Assembly: GCA_964247055.1 (NCBI GenBank)
Contig: OZ176056.1
Location: 124,001-188,000, forward strand
Length of the DNA: 64,000 nt
Direction of reading: 5' to 3'
Source: Paragordius varius
Taxonomy: Eukaryota; Animalia; Nematomorpha
The position numbers and the translations under genes were made by a program. Below are positions 27,701 through 43,165 of this stretch, in pieces (within the stretch, counting starts at the first letter, position 1; each line of letters opens with the position of its first letter). Below the pieces are notes generated by a model, which was not told where the DNA came from, did not search any database, and was given only the letters and a program-made list of their open reading frames with translations.

Positions 27701-29450
27701 GTGATATCGCCATAATTTTTTTTGGGTAGCCCTATGGTAGTTCCATCATCACCCCAAATATTTTGGGGATCGGACTATAAATGTAATTTTTATGAATTTT
27801 TTAAATATTTAAAAAATTTATTTTATACGATATTAAAAATAAAAATGGCTACCTAAAATCCAAATTTGATCAGGTGATGTCACCATAATTTTTTTTGGGT
27901 AGCCCTATGGTAGTTCCATCATCACCCCAAATATTTTCGAGATCGTAGTATAAATGTAATTTTTATGAATTTTTTAAATATTTAAAAAATTTATTTTATA
28001 CGATTTTAAAAATAAAAATGGCTACCTAAAATCCAAATTTGATCAGGTGATGTCGCCATAATTTTTTTTGGGTAGCCCTATGGTAGTTCCATCATCACCC
28101 CAAATATTTTGGGGATCGGACTATAAATGTAATTTTTATGAATTTTTTAAATATTTAAAAAATTTATTTTATACGATTTTAAAAATAAAAATGGCTACCT
28201 AAAATCCAAATTTGATCAGGTGATGTCACCATAATTTTTTTTGGGTAGCCCTATGGTAGTTCCATCATCACCCCAAATATTTTCGAGATCGGAGTATAAA
28301 TGTAATTTTTATGAATTTTTTAAATATTTAAAAAATTTATTTTATACGATTTTAAAAATAAAAATGGCTACCTAAAATCCAAATTTGATCAGGTGATGTC
28401 ACTATAATTTTTTTTGGGTAGCCCTATGGTAGTTCCATCATCACCCCAAATATTTTGGGGATCGGACTATAAATGTAATTTTTATGAATTTTTTAAATAT
28501 TTAAAAAATTTATTTTATACGATTTTAAAAATAAAAATGGCTACCTAAAATCCAAATTTGATCAGGTGATGTCGCCATAATTTTTTTTGGGTAGCCCTAT
28601 GGTAGTTCCATCATCACCCCAAATATTTTCGAGATCGGAGTATGAATGTAATTTTTATGAATTTTTTTAAATATTTAAAAAATTTATTTTATACGATTTT
28701 AAAAATAAAAATGGCTACCTAAAATCCAAATTTGGTCAGGTGATGTCACCATAATTTTTTTTGGGTAGCCCTATGGTAGTTCCATTATCACCCCAAATAT
28801 TTTCGAGATCGGAGTATAAATGTAATTTTTATGAATTTTTTAAATATTTAAAAAATTTATTTTATACGATTTTAAAAATAAAAATGGCTACCTAAAATCC
28901 AAATTTGATCAGGTGATATCGCCATAATTTTTTTTGGGTAGCCCTATGGTAGTTCCATCATCACCCCAAATATTTTGGGGATCGGACTATAAATGTAATT
29001 TTTATGAATTTTTTAAATATTTAAAAAATTTATTTTATACGATATTAAAAATAAAAATGGCTACCTAAAATCCAAATTTGATCAGGTGATGTCACCATAA
29101 TTTTTTTTGGGTAGCCCTATGGTAGTTCCATCATCACCCCAAATATTTTCGAGATCGTAGTATAAATGTAATTTTTATGAATTTTTTAAATATTTAAAAA
29201 ATTTATTTTATACGATTTTAAAAATAAAAATGGCTACCTAAAATCCAAATTTGATCAGGTGATGTCGCCATAATTTTTTTTGGGTAGCCCTATGGTAGTT
29301 CCATCATCACCCCAAATATTTTGGGGATCGGACTATAAATGTAATTTTTATGAATTTTTTAAATATTTAAAAAATTTATTTTATACGATTTTAAAAATAA
29401 AAATGGCTACCTAAAATCCAAATTTGATCAGGTGATGTCGCAATAATTTT
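24780..29450. repeat. Higher-order repeat of 7/6/7 monomers (1212/1039/1212 bp)
   Basis: The G of GGAGTATGAATG is at 25181, 26393, 27432 and 28644. Each time it is followed in order by TTTGGTCAGG, GATATCGCC, CGATATTAAAA and GATCGTAGT. Confidence 0.93.
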
Positions 29451-30141
29451 TTTAGCCCTATGGTAGTTCCATCATCACCCCAAATATTTTGGGGATCGGA
29501 CTATAAATGTAATTTTTATGAATTTTTTAAATATTTAAAAAATTTATTTTATACGATTTTAAAAATAAAAATGGCTACCTAAAATCCAAATTTGATCAGG
29601 TGATGTCACCATAATTTTTTTTGGGTAGCCCTATGGTAGTTCCATCATCACCCCAAATATTTTCGAGATCGGAGTATAAATGTAATTTTTATGAATTTTT
29701 TAAATATTTAAAAAATTTATTTTATACGATTTTAAAAATAAAAATGGCTACCTAAAATCCAAATTTGATCAGGTGATGTCACTATAATTTTTTTTGGGTA
29801 GCCCTATGGTAGTTCCATCATCACCCCAAATATTTTGGGGATCGGACTATAAATGTAATTTTTATGAATTTTTTAAATATTTAAAAAATTTATTTTATAC
29901 GATTTTAAAAATAAAAATGGCTACCTAAAATCCAAATTTGATCAGGTGATGTCACTATAATTTTTTTTGGGTAGCCCTATGGTAGTTCCATCATCACCCC
30001 AAATATTTTGGGGATCGGACTATAAATGTAATTTTTATGAATTTTTTAAATATTTAAAAAATTTATTTTATACGATTTTAAAAATAAAAATGGCTACCTA
30101 AAATCCAAATTTGATCAGGTGATGTCGCCATAATTTTTTTT

Positions 30142-33100
30142 GGGTAGCCCTATGGTAGTTCCATCATCACCCCAAATATTTTCGAGATCGGAGTATGAAT
30201 GTAATTTTTATGAATTTTTTTAAATATTTAAAAAATTTATTTTATACGATTTTAAAAATAAAAATGGCTACCTAAAATCCAAATTTGGTCAGGTGATGTC
30301 ACCATAATTTTTTTTGGGTAGCCCTATGGTAGTTCCATTATCACCCCAAATATTTTCGAGATCGGAGTATAAATGTAATTTTTATGAATTTTTTAAATAT
30401 TTAAAAAATTTATTTTATACGATATTAAAAATAAAAATGGCTACCTAAAATCCAAATTTGATCAGGTGATGTCACCATAATTTTTTTTGGGTAGCCCTAT
30501 GGTAGTTCCATCATCACCCCAAATATTTTGGGGATCGGACTATAAATGTAATTTTTATGAATTTTTTAAATATTTAAAAAATTTATTTTATACGATATTA
30601 AAAATAAAAATGGCTACCTAAAATCCAAATTTGATCAGGTGATGTCACCATAATTTTTTTTGGGTAGCCCTATGGTAGTTCCATCATCACCCCAAATATT
30701 TTGGGGCGGACTATAAATGTAATTTTTATGAATTTTTTAAATATTTAAAAAATTTATTTTATACGATTTTAAAAATAAAAATGGCTACCTAAAATCCAAA
30801 TTTGATCAGGTGATGTCGCCATAATTTTTTTTGGGTAGCCCTATGGTAGTTCCATCATCACCCCAAATATTTTCGAGATCGGAGTATAAATGTAATTTTT
30901 ATGAATTTTTTAAATATTTAAAAAATTTATTTTATACGATTTTAAAAATAAAAATGGCTACCTAAAATCCAAATTTGATCAGGTGATGTCACCATAATTT
31001 TTTTTGGGTAGCCCTATGGTAGTTCCATCATCACCCCAAATATTTTCGAGATCGGAGTATAAATGTAATTTTTATGAATTTTTTAAATATTTAAAAAATT
31101 TATTTTATACGATTTTAAAAATAAAAATGGCTACCTAAAATCCAAATTTGATCAGGTGATGTCGCCATAATTTTTTTTGGGTAGCCCTATGGTAGTTCCA
31201 TCATCACCCCAAATATTTTCGAGATCGGAGTATAAATGTAATTTTTATGAATTTTTTAAATATTTAAAAAATTTATTTTATACGATTTTAAAAATAAAAA
31301 TGGCTACCTAAAATTAAATTTGATCAGGTGATGTCACTATAATTTTTTTGGGTAGCCCTATGGTAGTTCCATCATCACCCCAAATATTTTGGGGATCGGA
31401 CTATAAATGTAATTTTTATGAATTTTTTAAATATTTAAAAAATTTATTTTATACGATTTTAAAAATAAAAATGGCTACCTAAAATCCAAATTTGATCAGG
31501 TGATGTCACCATAATTTTTTTTGGGTAGCCCTATGGTAGTTCCATCATCACCCCAAATATTTTCGAGATCGGAGTATAAATGTAATTTTTATGAATTTTT
31601 TAAATATTTAAAAAATTTATTTTATACGATTTTAAAAATAAAAATGGCTACCTAAAATCCAAATTTGATCAGGTGATGTCGCCATAATTTTTTTTGGGTA
31701 GCCCTATGGTAGTTCCATCATCACCCCAAATATTTTGGGGATCGGACTATAAATGTAATTTTTATGAATTTTTTAAATATTTAAAAAATTTATTTTATAC
31801 GATTTTAAAAATAAAAATGGCTACCTAAAATCCAAATTTGATCAGGTGATGTCACCATAATTTTTTTTGGGTAGCCCTATGGTAGTTCCATCATCACCCC
31901 AAATATTTTCGAGATCGGAGTATAAATGTAATTTTTATGAATTTTTTAAATATTTAAAAAATTTATTTTATACGATTTTAAAAATAAAAATGGCTACCTA
32001 AAATCCAAATTTGATCAGGTGATGTCACCATAATTTTTTTTGGGTAGCCCTATGGTAGTTCCATTATCACCCCAAATATTTTCGAGATCGGAGTATAAAT
32101 GTAATTTTTATGAATTTTTTAAATATTTAAAAAATTTATTTTATACGATTTTAAAAATAAAAATGGCTACCTAAAATCCAAATTTGATCAGGTGATGTCG
32201 CCATAATTTTTTTTGGGTAGCCCTATGGTAGTTCCATCATCACCCCAAATATTGTCGAGATCGGAGTATAAATGTAATTTTTTTGAATTTTTTAAATATT
32301 TAAAAAATTTATTTTATACGATTTTAAAAATAAAAATGGCTACCTAAAATCCAAATTTGATCAGGTGATGTCGCCATAATTTTTTTTGCGTAGCCCTATG
32401 GTAGTTCCATCATCACCCCAAATATTTTTGGGATCGGACTATAAATGTAATTTTTATGAATTTTTTAAATATTTAAAAAATTTATTTTATACGATTTTAA
32501 AAATAAAAATGGCTACCTAAAATCCAAATTTGATCAGGTGATGTCGCCATAATTTTTTTTGGGTAGCCCTATGGTAGTTCCATCATCACCCCAAATATTT
32601 TCGAGATCGGAGTATAAATGTAATTTTTATGAATTTTTTAAATATTTAAAAAATTTATTTTATACGATTTTAAAAATAAAAATGGCTACCTAAAATCCAA
32701 ATTTGATCAGGTGATGTCGCCATAATTTTTTTTGGGTAGCCCTATGGTAGTTCCATCATCACCCCAAATATTTTCGAGATCGGAGTATGAATGTAATTTT
32801 TATGAATTTTTTTAAATATTTAAAAAATTTATTTTATACGATTTTAAAAATAAAAATGGCTACCTAAAATCCAAATTTGGTCAGGTGATGTCACCATAAT
32901 TTTTTTTGGGTAGCCCTATGGTAGTTCCATTATCACCCCAAATATTTTCGAGATCGGAGTATAAATGTAATTTTTATGAATTTTTTAAATATTTAAAAAA
33001 TTTATTTTATACGATATTAAAAATAAAAATGGCTACCTAAAATCCAAATTTGATCAGGTGATGTCACCATAATTTTTTTTGGGTAGCCCTATGGTAGTTC

Positions 33101-34980
33101 CATCATCACCCCAAATATTTTGGGGATCGGACTATAAATGTAATTTTTATGAATTTTTTAAATATTTAAAAAATTTATTTTATACGATATTAAAAATAAA
33201 AATGGCTACCTAAAATCCAAATTTGATCAGGTGATGTCACCATAATTTTTTTTGGGTAGCCCTATGGTAGTTCCATCATCACCCCAAATATTTTGGGGCG
33301 GACTATAAATGTAATTTTTATGAATTTTTTAAATATTTAAAAAATTTATTTTATACGATTTTAAAAATAAAAATGGCTACCTAAAATCCAAATTTGATCA
33401 GGTGATGTCGCCATAATTTTTTTTGGGTAGCCCTATGGTAGTTCCATCATCACCCCAAATATTTTCGAGATCGGAGTATAAATGTAATTTTTATGAATTT
33501 TTTAAATATTTAAAAAATTTATTTTATACGATTTTAAAAATAAAAATGGCTACCTAAAATCCAAATTTGATCAGGTGATGTCACCATAATTTTTTTTGGG
33601 TAGCCCTATGGTAGTTCCATCATCACCCCAAATATTTTCGAGATCGGAGTATAAATGTAATTTTTATGAATTTTTTAAATATTTAAAAAATTTATTTTAT
33701 ACGATTTTAAAAATAAAAATGGCTACCTAAAATCCAAATTTGATCAGGTGATGTCGCCATAATTTTTTTTGGGTAGCCCTATGGTAGTTCCATCATCACC
33801 CCAAATATTTTCGAGATCGGAGTATAAATGTAATTTTTATGAATTTTTTAAATATTTAAAAAATTTATTTTATACGATTTTAAAAATAAAAATGGCTACC
33901 TAAAATCCAAATTTGATCAGGTGATGTCACCATAATTTTTTTTGGGTAGCCCTATGGTAGTTCCATCATCACCCCAAATATTTTCGAGATCGGAGTATAA
34001 ATGTAATTTTTATGAATTTTTTAAATATTTAAAAAATTTATTTTATACGATTTTAAAAATAAAAATGGCTACCTAAAATCCAAATTTGATCAGGTGATGT
34101 CGCCATAATTTTTTTTGGGTAGCCCTATGGTAGTTCCATCATCACCCCAAATATATTGGGGATCGGACTATAAATGTAATTTTTATGAATTTTTTAAATA
34201 TTTAAAAAATTTATTTTATACGATTTTAAAAATAAAAATGGCTACCTAAAATCCAAATTTGATCAGGTGATGTCACCATAATTTTTTTTGGGTAGCCCTA
34301 TGGTAGTTCCATCATCACCCCAAATATTTTCGAGATCGGAGTATAAATGTAATTTTTATGAATTTTTTAAATATTTAAAAAATTTATTTTATACGATTTT
34401 AAAAATAAAAATGGCTACCTAAAATCCAAATTTGATCAGGTGATGTCACCATAATTTTTTTTGGGTAGCCCTATGGTAGTTCCATTATCACCCCAAATAT
34501 TTTCGAGATCGGAGTATAAATGTAATTTTTATGAATTTTTTAAATATTTAAAAAATTTATTTTATACGATTTTAAAAATAAAAATGGCTACCTAAAATCC
34601 AAATTTGATCAGGTGATGTCGCCATAATTTTTTTTGGGTAGCCCTATGGTAGTTCCATCATCACCCCAAATATTGTCGAGATCGGAGTATAAATGTAATT
34701 TTTTTGAATTTTTTAAATATTTAAAAAATTTATTTTATACGATTTTAAAAATAAAAATGGCTACCTAAAATCCAAATTTGATCAGGTGATGTCGCCATAA
34801 TTTTTTTTGCGTAGCCCTATGGTAGTTCCATCATCACCCCAAATATTTTTGGGATCGGACTATAAATGTAATTTTTATGAATTTTTTAAATATTTAAAAA
34901 ATTTATTTTATACGATTTTAAAAATAAAAATGGCTACCTAAAATCCAAATTTGATCAGGTGATGTCGCCATAATTTTTTT
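30142..34980. repeat. Tandem duplication of a 15-monomer unit (2592 bp; second copy one monomer shorter)
   Basis: GAGTATGAA 30197/32789 and GGGGCGGAC 30707/33299 recur at +2592. TTGCGTAGCC 32389/34810 recurs at +2421. Confidence 0.87.
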
Positions 34981-36532
34981 TGGGTAGCCCTATGGTAGTT
35001 CCATCATCACCCCAAATATTTTGGGGATCGGACTATAAATGTAATTTTTATGAATTTTTTAAATATTTAAAAAATTTATTTTATACGATTTTAAAAATAA
35101 AAATGGCTACCTAAAATCCAAATTTGATCAGGTGATGTCGCCATAATTTTTTTTGGGTAGCCCTATGGTAGTTCCATTATCACCCCAAATATTTTCGAGA
35201 TCGGACTATAAATGTAATTTTTATGAACTTTTTAAATATTTAAAAAATTTATTTTATACGATTTTAAAAATAAAAATGGCTACCTAAAATCCAAATTTGA
35301 TCAGGTGATGTCGCCATAATTTTTTTTGGGTAGCCCTATGGTAGTTCCATCATCACCCCAAATATTGTCGAGATCGGAGTATAAATGTAATTTTTATGAT
35401 TTTTTTAAATATTTAGAAAATTTATTTTATACGATTTTAAAAATAAAAATGGCTACCTAAAATCCAAATTTGATCAGGTGATGTCGCCATAATTTTTGGG
35501 TAGCCCTATGGTAGTTCCATCATCACCCCAAATATTTTCGAGATTGGAGTATAAATGTAATTTTTATGAATTTTTTAAATATTTAAAAAATTTATTTACG
35601 ATTTTAAAAATAAAAATGGCTACCTAAAATCCAAATTTGATCAGGTGATGTCGCCATAATTTTTTTTGGGTAGCCCTATGGTAGTTCCATCATCACCCCA
35701 AATATTTTGGGGATCGGACTATAAATGTAATTTTTATGAATTTTTTAAATATTTAAAAAATTTATTTTATACGATTTTAAAAATAAAAATGGCTACCTAA
35801 AATCCAAATTTGATCAGGTGATGTCACCATAATTTTTTTTGGGTAGCCCTATGGTAGTTCCATCATCACCCCAAATATTGTCGAGATCGGAGTATAAATG
35901 TAATTTTTTTGAATTTTTTAAATATTTAAAAAATTTATTTAATACGATTTTAAAAATAAAAATGGCTACCTAAAATCCAAATTTGATCAGGTGATGTCAC
36001 CATAATTTTTTTTGGGTAGCCCTATGGTAGTTCCATTATCACCCCAAATATTTTCGAGATCGGAGTATAAATGTAATTTTTATGAATTTTTTAAATATTT
36101 AAAAAATTTATTTTATACGATTTTAAAAATAAAAATGGCTACCTAAAATCCAAATTTGATCAGGTGATGTCGCCATAATTTTTTTTGGGTAGCCCTATGG
36201 TAGTTCCATCATCACCCCAAATATTTTGGGGATCGGACTATAAATGTAATTTGTATGAATTTTTTAAATATTTAAAAAATTTATTTTATACGATTTTAAA
36301 AATAAAAATGGCTACCTAAAATCCAAATTTGATCAGGTGATGTCACCATAATTTTTTTTGGGTAGCCCTATGGTAGTTCCATCATCACCCCAAATATTTT
36401 CGAGATTGGAGTATAAATGTAATTTTTATGAATTTTTTAAATATTTAAAAAATTTATTTTATACGATTTTAAAAATAAAAATGGCTACCTAAAATCCAAA
36501 TTTGATCAGGTGATGTCACCATAATTTTTTTT

Positions 36533-37916
36533 GGGTAGCCCTATGGTAGTTCCATTATCACCCCAAATATTTTCGAGATCGGAGTATAAATGTAATTTTT
36601 TTGAATTTTTTAAATATTTAAAAAATTTATTTAATACGATTTTAAAAATAAAAATGGCTACCTAAAATCCAAATTTGATCAGGTGATGTCGCCATAATTT
36701 TTTTTGGGTAGCCCTATGGTAGTTCCATCATCACCCCAAATATTTAGGGGATCGGACTATAAATGTAATTTTTATGATTTTTTTAAATATTTAAAAAATT
36801 TATTTAATACGATTTTAAAAATAAAAATGGCTACCTAAAATCCAAATTTGATCAGGTGATGTCACCATAATTTTTTTTGGGTAGCCCTATGGTAGTTCCA
36901 TCATCACCCCAAATATTTTCGAGATCGGAGTATAAATGTAATTTTTATGAATTTTTTAAATATTTAAAAAATTTATTTTATACGATTTTAAAAATAAAAA
37001 TGGCTACCTAAAATCCAAATTTGATCAGGTGATGTCGCCATAATTTTTTTTGGGTAGCCCTATGGTAGTTCCATCATCACCCCAAATATTGTCGAGATCG
37101 GAGTATAAATGTAATTTTTTTGAATTTTTTAAATATTTAAAAAATTTATTTAATACGATTTTAAAAATAAAAATGGCTACCTAAAATCCAAATTTGATCA
37201 GGTGATGTCACCATAATTTTTTTTGGGTAGCCCTATGGTAGTTCCATTATCACCCCAAATATTTTCGAGATCGGAGTATAAATGTAATTTTTTTGAATTT
37301 TTTAAATATTTAAAAAATTTATTTAATACGATTTTAAAAATAAAAATGGCTACCTAAAATCCAAATTTGATCAGGTGATGTCGCCATAATTTTTTTTGGG
37401 TAGCCCTATGGTAGTTCCATCATCACCCCAAATATTTAGGGGATCGGACTATAAATGTAATTTTTATGATTTTTTTAAATATTTAAAAAATTTATTTAAT
37501 ACGATTTTAAAAATAAAAATGGCTACCTAAAATCCAAATTTGATCAGGTGATGTCACCATAATTTTTTTTGGGTAGCCCTATGGTAGTTCCATCATCACC
37601 CCAAATATTTTCGAGATCGGAGTATAAATGTAATTTTTATGAATTTTTTAAATATTTAAAAAATTTATTTTATACGATTTTAAAAATAAAAATGGCTACC
37701 TAAAATCCAAATTTGATCAGGTGATGTCGCCATAATTTTTTTTGGGTAGCCCTATGGTAGTTCCATCATCACCCCAAATATTGTCGAGATCGGAGTATAA
37801 ATGTAATTTTTTTGAATTTTTTAAATATTTAAAAAATTTATTTAATACGATTTTAAAAATAAAAATGGCTACCTAAAATCCAAATTTGATCAGGTGATGT
37901 CACCATAATTTTTTTT
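36533..37916. repeat. Tandem duplication of a 4-monomer unit (692 bp)
   Basis: The rare TATTTAGGGG is at 36746 and 37438 (+692), with matching neighbouring monomer types. Confidence 0.88.
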
Positions 37917-39719
37917 GGGTAGCGCTATGGTAGTTCCATTATCACCCCAAATATTTTCGAGATCGGAGTATAAATGTAATTTTTATGAATTTTTTAAATA
38001 TTTAAAAAATTTATTTTATACGATTTTAAAAATAAAAATGGCTACCTAAAATCCAAATTTGATCAGGTGATGTCGCCATAATTTTTTTTGGGTAGCCCTA
38101 TGGTAGTTCCATCATCACCCCAAATATTTTGGGGATCGGACTATAAATGTAATTTGTATGAATTTTTTAAATATTTAAAAAATTTATTTTATACGATTTT
38201 AAAAATAAAAATGGCTACCTAAAATCCAAATTTGATCAGGTGATGTCACCATAATTTTTTTTGGGTAGCCCTATGGTAGTTCCATCATCACCCCAAATAT
38301 TTTCGAGATCGGAGTATAAATGTAATTTTTATGATTTTTTTAAATATTTAGAAAATTTATTTTATACGATTTTAAAAATAAAAATGGCTACCTAAAATCC
38401 AAATTTGATCACGTGATGTCGCCATAATTTTTGGGTAGCCCTATGGTAGTTCCATCATCACCCCAAATATTTTCGAGATTGGAGTATAAATGTAATTTTT
38501 ATGAATTTTTTAAATATTTAAAAAATTTATTTTATACGATTTTAAAAATAAAAATGGCTACCTAAAATCCAAATTTGATCAGGTGATGTCACCATAATTT
38601 TTTTTGGGTAGCCCTATGGTAGTTCCATTATCACCCCAAATATTTTCGAGATCGGAGTATAAATGTAATTTTTTTGAATTTTTTAAATATTTAAAAAATT
38701 TATTTTATACGATTTTAAAAATAAAAATGGCTACCTAAAATCCAAATTTGATCAGGTGATGTCGCCATAATTTTTTTTGGGTAGCCCTATGGTAGTTCCA
38801 TCATCACCCCAAATATTTTCGAGATCGGAGTATAAATGTAATTTTTATGAATTTTTTAAATATTTAAAAAATTTATTTTATACGATTTTAAAAATAAAAA
38901 TGGCTACCTAAAATCCAAATTTGATCAGGTGATGTCGCCATAATTTTTTTTGGGTAGCCCTATGGTAGTTCCATCATCACCCCAAATATTGTCGAGATCG
39001 GAGTATAAATGTAATTTTTTTGAATTTTTTAAATATTTAAAAAATTTATTTAATACGATTTTAAAAATAAAAATGGCTACCTAAAATCCAAATTTGATCA
39101 GGTGATGTCGCCATAATTTTTTTTGGGTAGCCCTATGGTAGTTCCATCATCACCCCAAATATTGTCGAGATCGGAGTATAAATGTAATTTTTTTGAATTT
39201 TTTAAATATTTAAAAAATTTATTTAATACGATTTTAAAAATAAAAATGGCTACCTAAAATCCAAATTTGATCAGGTGATGTCACCATAATTTTTTTTGGG
39301 TAGCCCTATGGTAGTTCCATTATCACCCCAAATATTTTCGAGATCGGAGTATAAATGTAATTTTTATGAATTTTTTAAATATTTAAAAAATTTATTTTAT
39401 ACGATTTTAAAAATAAAAATGGCTACCTAAAATCCAAATTTGATCAGGTGATGTCGCCATAATTTTTTTTGGGTAGCCCTATGGTAGTTCCATCATCACC
39501 CCAAATATTTTGGGGATCGGACTATAAATGTAATTTGTATGAATTTTTTAAATATTTAAAAAATTTATTTTATACGATTTTAAAAATAAAAATGGCTACC
39601 TAAAATCCAAATTTGATCAGGTGATGTCACCATAATTTTTTTTGGGTAGCCCTATGGTAGTTCTATCATCACCCCAAATATTTTCGAGATCGGAGTATAA
39701 ATGTAATTTTTATGATTTT

Positions 39720-42700
39720 TTTAAATATTTAGAAAATTTATTTTATACGATTTTAAAAATAAAAATGGCTACCTAAAATCCAAATTTGATCACGTGATGT
39801 CGCCATAATTTTTGGGTAGCCCTATGGTAGTTCCATCATCACCCCAAATATTTTCGAGATTGGAGTATAAATGTAATTTTTATGAATTTTTTAAATATTT
39901 AAAAAATTTATTTTATACGATTTTAAAAATAAAAATGGCTACCTAAAATCCAAATTTGATCAGGTGATGTCACCATAATTTTTTTTGGGTAGCCCTATGG
40001 TAGTTCCATTATCACCCCAAATATTTTCGAGATCGGAGTATAAATGTAATTTTTTTGAATTTTTTAAATATTTAAAAAATTTATTTAATACGATTTTAAA
40101 AATAAAAATGGCTACCTAAAATCCAAATTTGATCAGGTGATGTCGCCATAATTTTTTTTGGGTAGCCCTATGGTAGTTCCATCATCACCCCAAATATTTT
40201 GGGGATCGGACTATAAATGTAATTTTTATGATTTTTTTAAATATTTAAAAAATTTATTTAATACGATTTTAAAAATAAAAATGGCTACCTAAAATCCAAA
40301 TTTGATCAGGTGATGTCACCATAATTTTTTTTGGGTAGCCCTATGGTAGTTCCATCATCACCCCAAATATTTTCGAGATCGGAGTATAAATGTAATTTTT
40401 ATGAATTTTTTAAATATTTAAAAAATTTATTTTATACGATTTTAAAAATAAAAATGGCTACCTAAAATCCAAATTTGATCAGGTGATGTCGCCATAATTT
40501 TTTTTGGGTAGCCCTATGGTAGTTCCATCATCACCCCAAATATTGTCGAGATCGGAGTATAAATGTAATTTTTTTGAATTTTTTAAATATTTAAAAAATT
40601 TATTTAATACGATTTTAAAAATAAAAATGGCTACCTAAAATCCAAATTTGATCAGGTGATGTCACCATAATTTTTTTTGGGTAGCCCTATGGTAGTTCCA
40701 TTATCACCCCAAATATTTTCGAGATCGGAGTATAAATGTAATTTTTATGAATTTTTTAAATATTTAAAAAATTTATTTTATACGATTTTAAAAATAAAAA
40801 TGGCTACCTAAAATCCAAATTTGATCAGGTGATGTCGCCATAATTTTTTTTGGGTAGCCCTATGGTAGTTCCATCATCACCCCAAATATTTTCGAGATCG
40901 GAGTATAAATGTAATTTTTATGATTTTTTTAAATATTTAGAAAATTTATTTTATACGATTTTAAAAATAAAAATGGCTACCTAAAATCCAAATTTGATCA
41001 GGTGATGTCGCCATAATTTTTGGGTAGCCCTATGGTAGTTCCATCATCACCCCAAATATTTTCGAGATTGGAGTATAAATGTAATTTTTATGAATTTTTT
41101 AAATATTTAAAAAATTTATTTTATACGATTTTAAAAATAAAAATGGCTACCTAAAATCCAAATTTGATCAGGTGATGTCACCATAATTTTTTTTGGGTAG
41201 CCCTATGGTAGTTCCATTATCACCCCAAATATTTTCGAGATCGGAGTATAAATGTAATTTTTTTGAATTTTTTAAATATTTAAAAAATTTATTTAATACG
41301 ATTTTAAAAATAAAAATGGCTACCTAAAATCCAAATTTGATCAGGTGATGTCACCATAATTTTTTTTGGGTAGCCCTATGGTAGTTCCATCATCACCCCA
41401 AATATTTTGGGGATCGGACTATAAATGTAATTTTTATGAATTTTTTAAATATTTAGAAAATTTATTTTATACGATTTTAAAAATAAAAATGGCTACCTAA
41501 AATCCAAATTTGATCACGTGATGTCGCCATAATTTTTGGGTAGCCCTATGGTAGTTCCATCATCACCCCAAATATTTTCGAGATTGGAGTATAAATGTAA
41601 TTTTTATGAATTTTTTAAATATTTAAAAAATTTATTTTATACGATTTTAAAAATAAAAATGGCTACCTAAAATCCAAATTTGATCAGGTGATGTCACCAT
41701 AATTTTTTTTGGGTAGCCCTATGGTAGTTCCATTATCACCCCAAATATTTTCGAGATCGGAGTATAAATGTAATTTTTTTGAATTTTTTAAATATTTAAA
41801 AAATTTATTTAATACGATTTTAAAAATAAAAATGGCTACCTAAAATCCAAATTTGATCAGGTGATGTCGCCATAATTTTTTTTGGGTAGCCCTATGGTAG
41901 TTCCATCATCACCCCAAATATTTTGGGGATCGGACTATAAATGTAATTTTTATGATTTTTTTAAATATTTAAAAAATTTATTTAATACGATTTTAAAAAT
42001 AAAAATGGCTACCTAAAATCCAAATTTGATCAGGTGATGTCACCATAATTTTTTTTGGGTAGCCCTATGGTAGTTCCATCATCACCCCAAATATTTTCGA
42101 GATCGGAGTATAAATGTAATTTTTATGAATTTTTTAAATATTTAAAAAATTTATTTTATACGATTTTAAAAATAAAAATGGCTACCTAAAATCCAAATTT
42201 GATCAGGTGATGTCGCCATAATTTTTTTTGGGTAGCCCTATGGTAGTTCCATCATCACCCCAAATATTGTCGAGATCGGAGTATAAATGTAATTTTTTTG
42301 AATTTTTTAAATATTTAAAAAATTTATTTAATACGATTTTAAAAATAAAAATGGCTACCTAAAATCCAAATTTGATCAGGTGATGTCACCATAATTTTTT
42401 TTGGGTAGCCCTATGGTAGTTCCATTATCACCCCAAATATTTTCGAGATCGGAGTATAAATGTAATTTTTATGAATTTTTTAAATATTTAAAAAATTTAT
42501 TTTATACGATTTTAAAAATAAAAATGGCTACCTAAAATCCAAATTTGATCAGGTGATGTCGCCATAATTTTTTTTGGGTAGCCCTATGGTAGTTCCATCA
42601 TCACCCCAAATATTTTCGAGATCGGAGTATAAATGTAATTTTTATGATTTTTTTAAATATTTAGAAAATTTATTTTATACGATTTTAAAAATAAAAATGG

Positions 42701-43165
42701 CTACCTAAAATCCAAATTTGATCAGGTGATGTCGCCATAATTTTTGGGTAGCCCTATGGTAGTTCCATCATCACCCCAAATATTTTCGAGATTGGAGTAT
42801 AAATGTAATTTTTATGAATTTTTTAAATATTTAAAAAATTTATTTTATACGATTTTAAAAATAAAAATGGCTACCTAAAATCCAAATTTGATCAGGTGAT
42901 GTCACCATAATTTTTTTTGGGTAGCCCTATGGTAGTTCCATTATCACCCCAAATATTTTCGAGATCGGAGTATAAATGTAATTTTTTTGAATTTTTTAAA
43001 TATTTAAAAAATTTATTTAATACGATTTTAAAAATAAAAATGGCTACCTAAAATCCAAATTTGATCAGGTGATGTCACCATAATTTTTTTTGGGTAGCCC
43101 TATGGTAGTTCCATCATCACCCCAAATATTTTGGGGATCGGACTATAAATGTAATTTTTATGAAT
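39720..43165. repeat. Tandem duplication of a 10-monomer unit (1724 bp)
   Basis: GATCACGTG 39791/41515 and TTTAGAAAA 39732/41456 and 40940/42664 all recur at +1724. Confidence 0.9.

Noticed and set aside
38408-38415. Budding-yeast point centromere (ATCACGTG = CDEI, plus AT-rich core like CDEII)
   Set aside because: ATCACGTG is a single-base variant in three monomers only. It is not adjacent to the AT core in CDEI-II order, and no CDEIII is evident.
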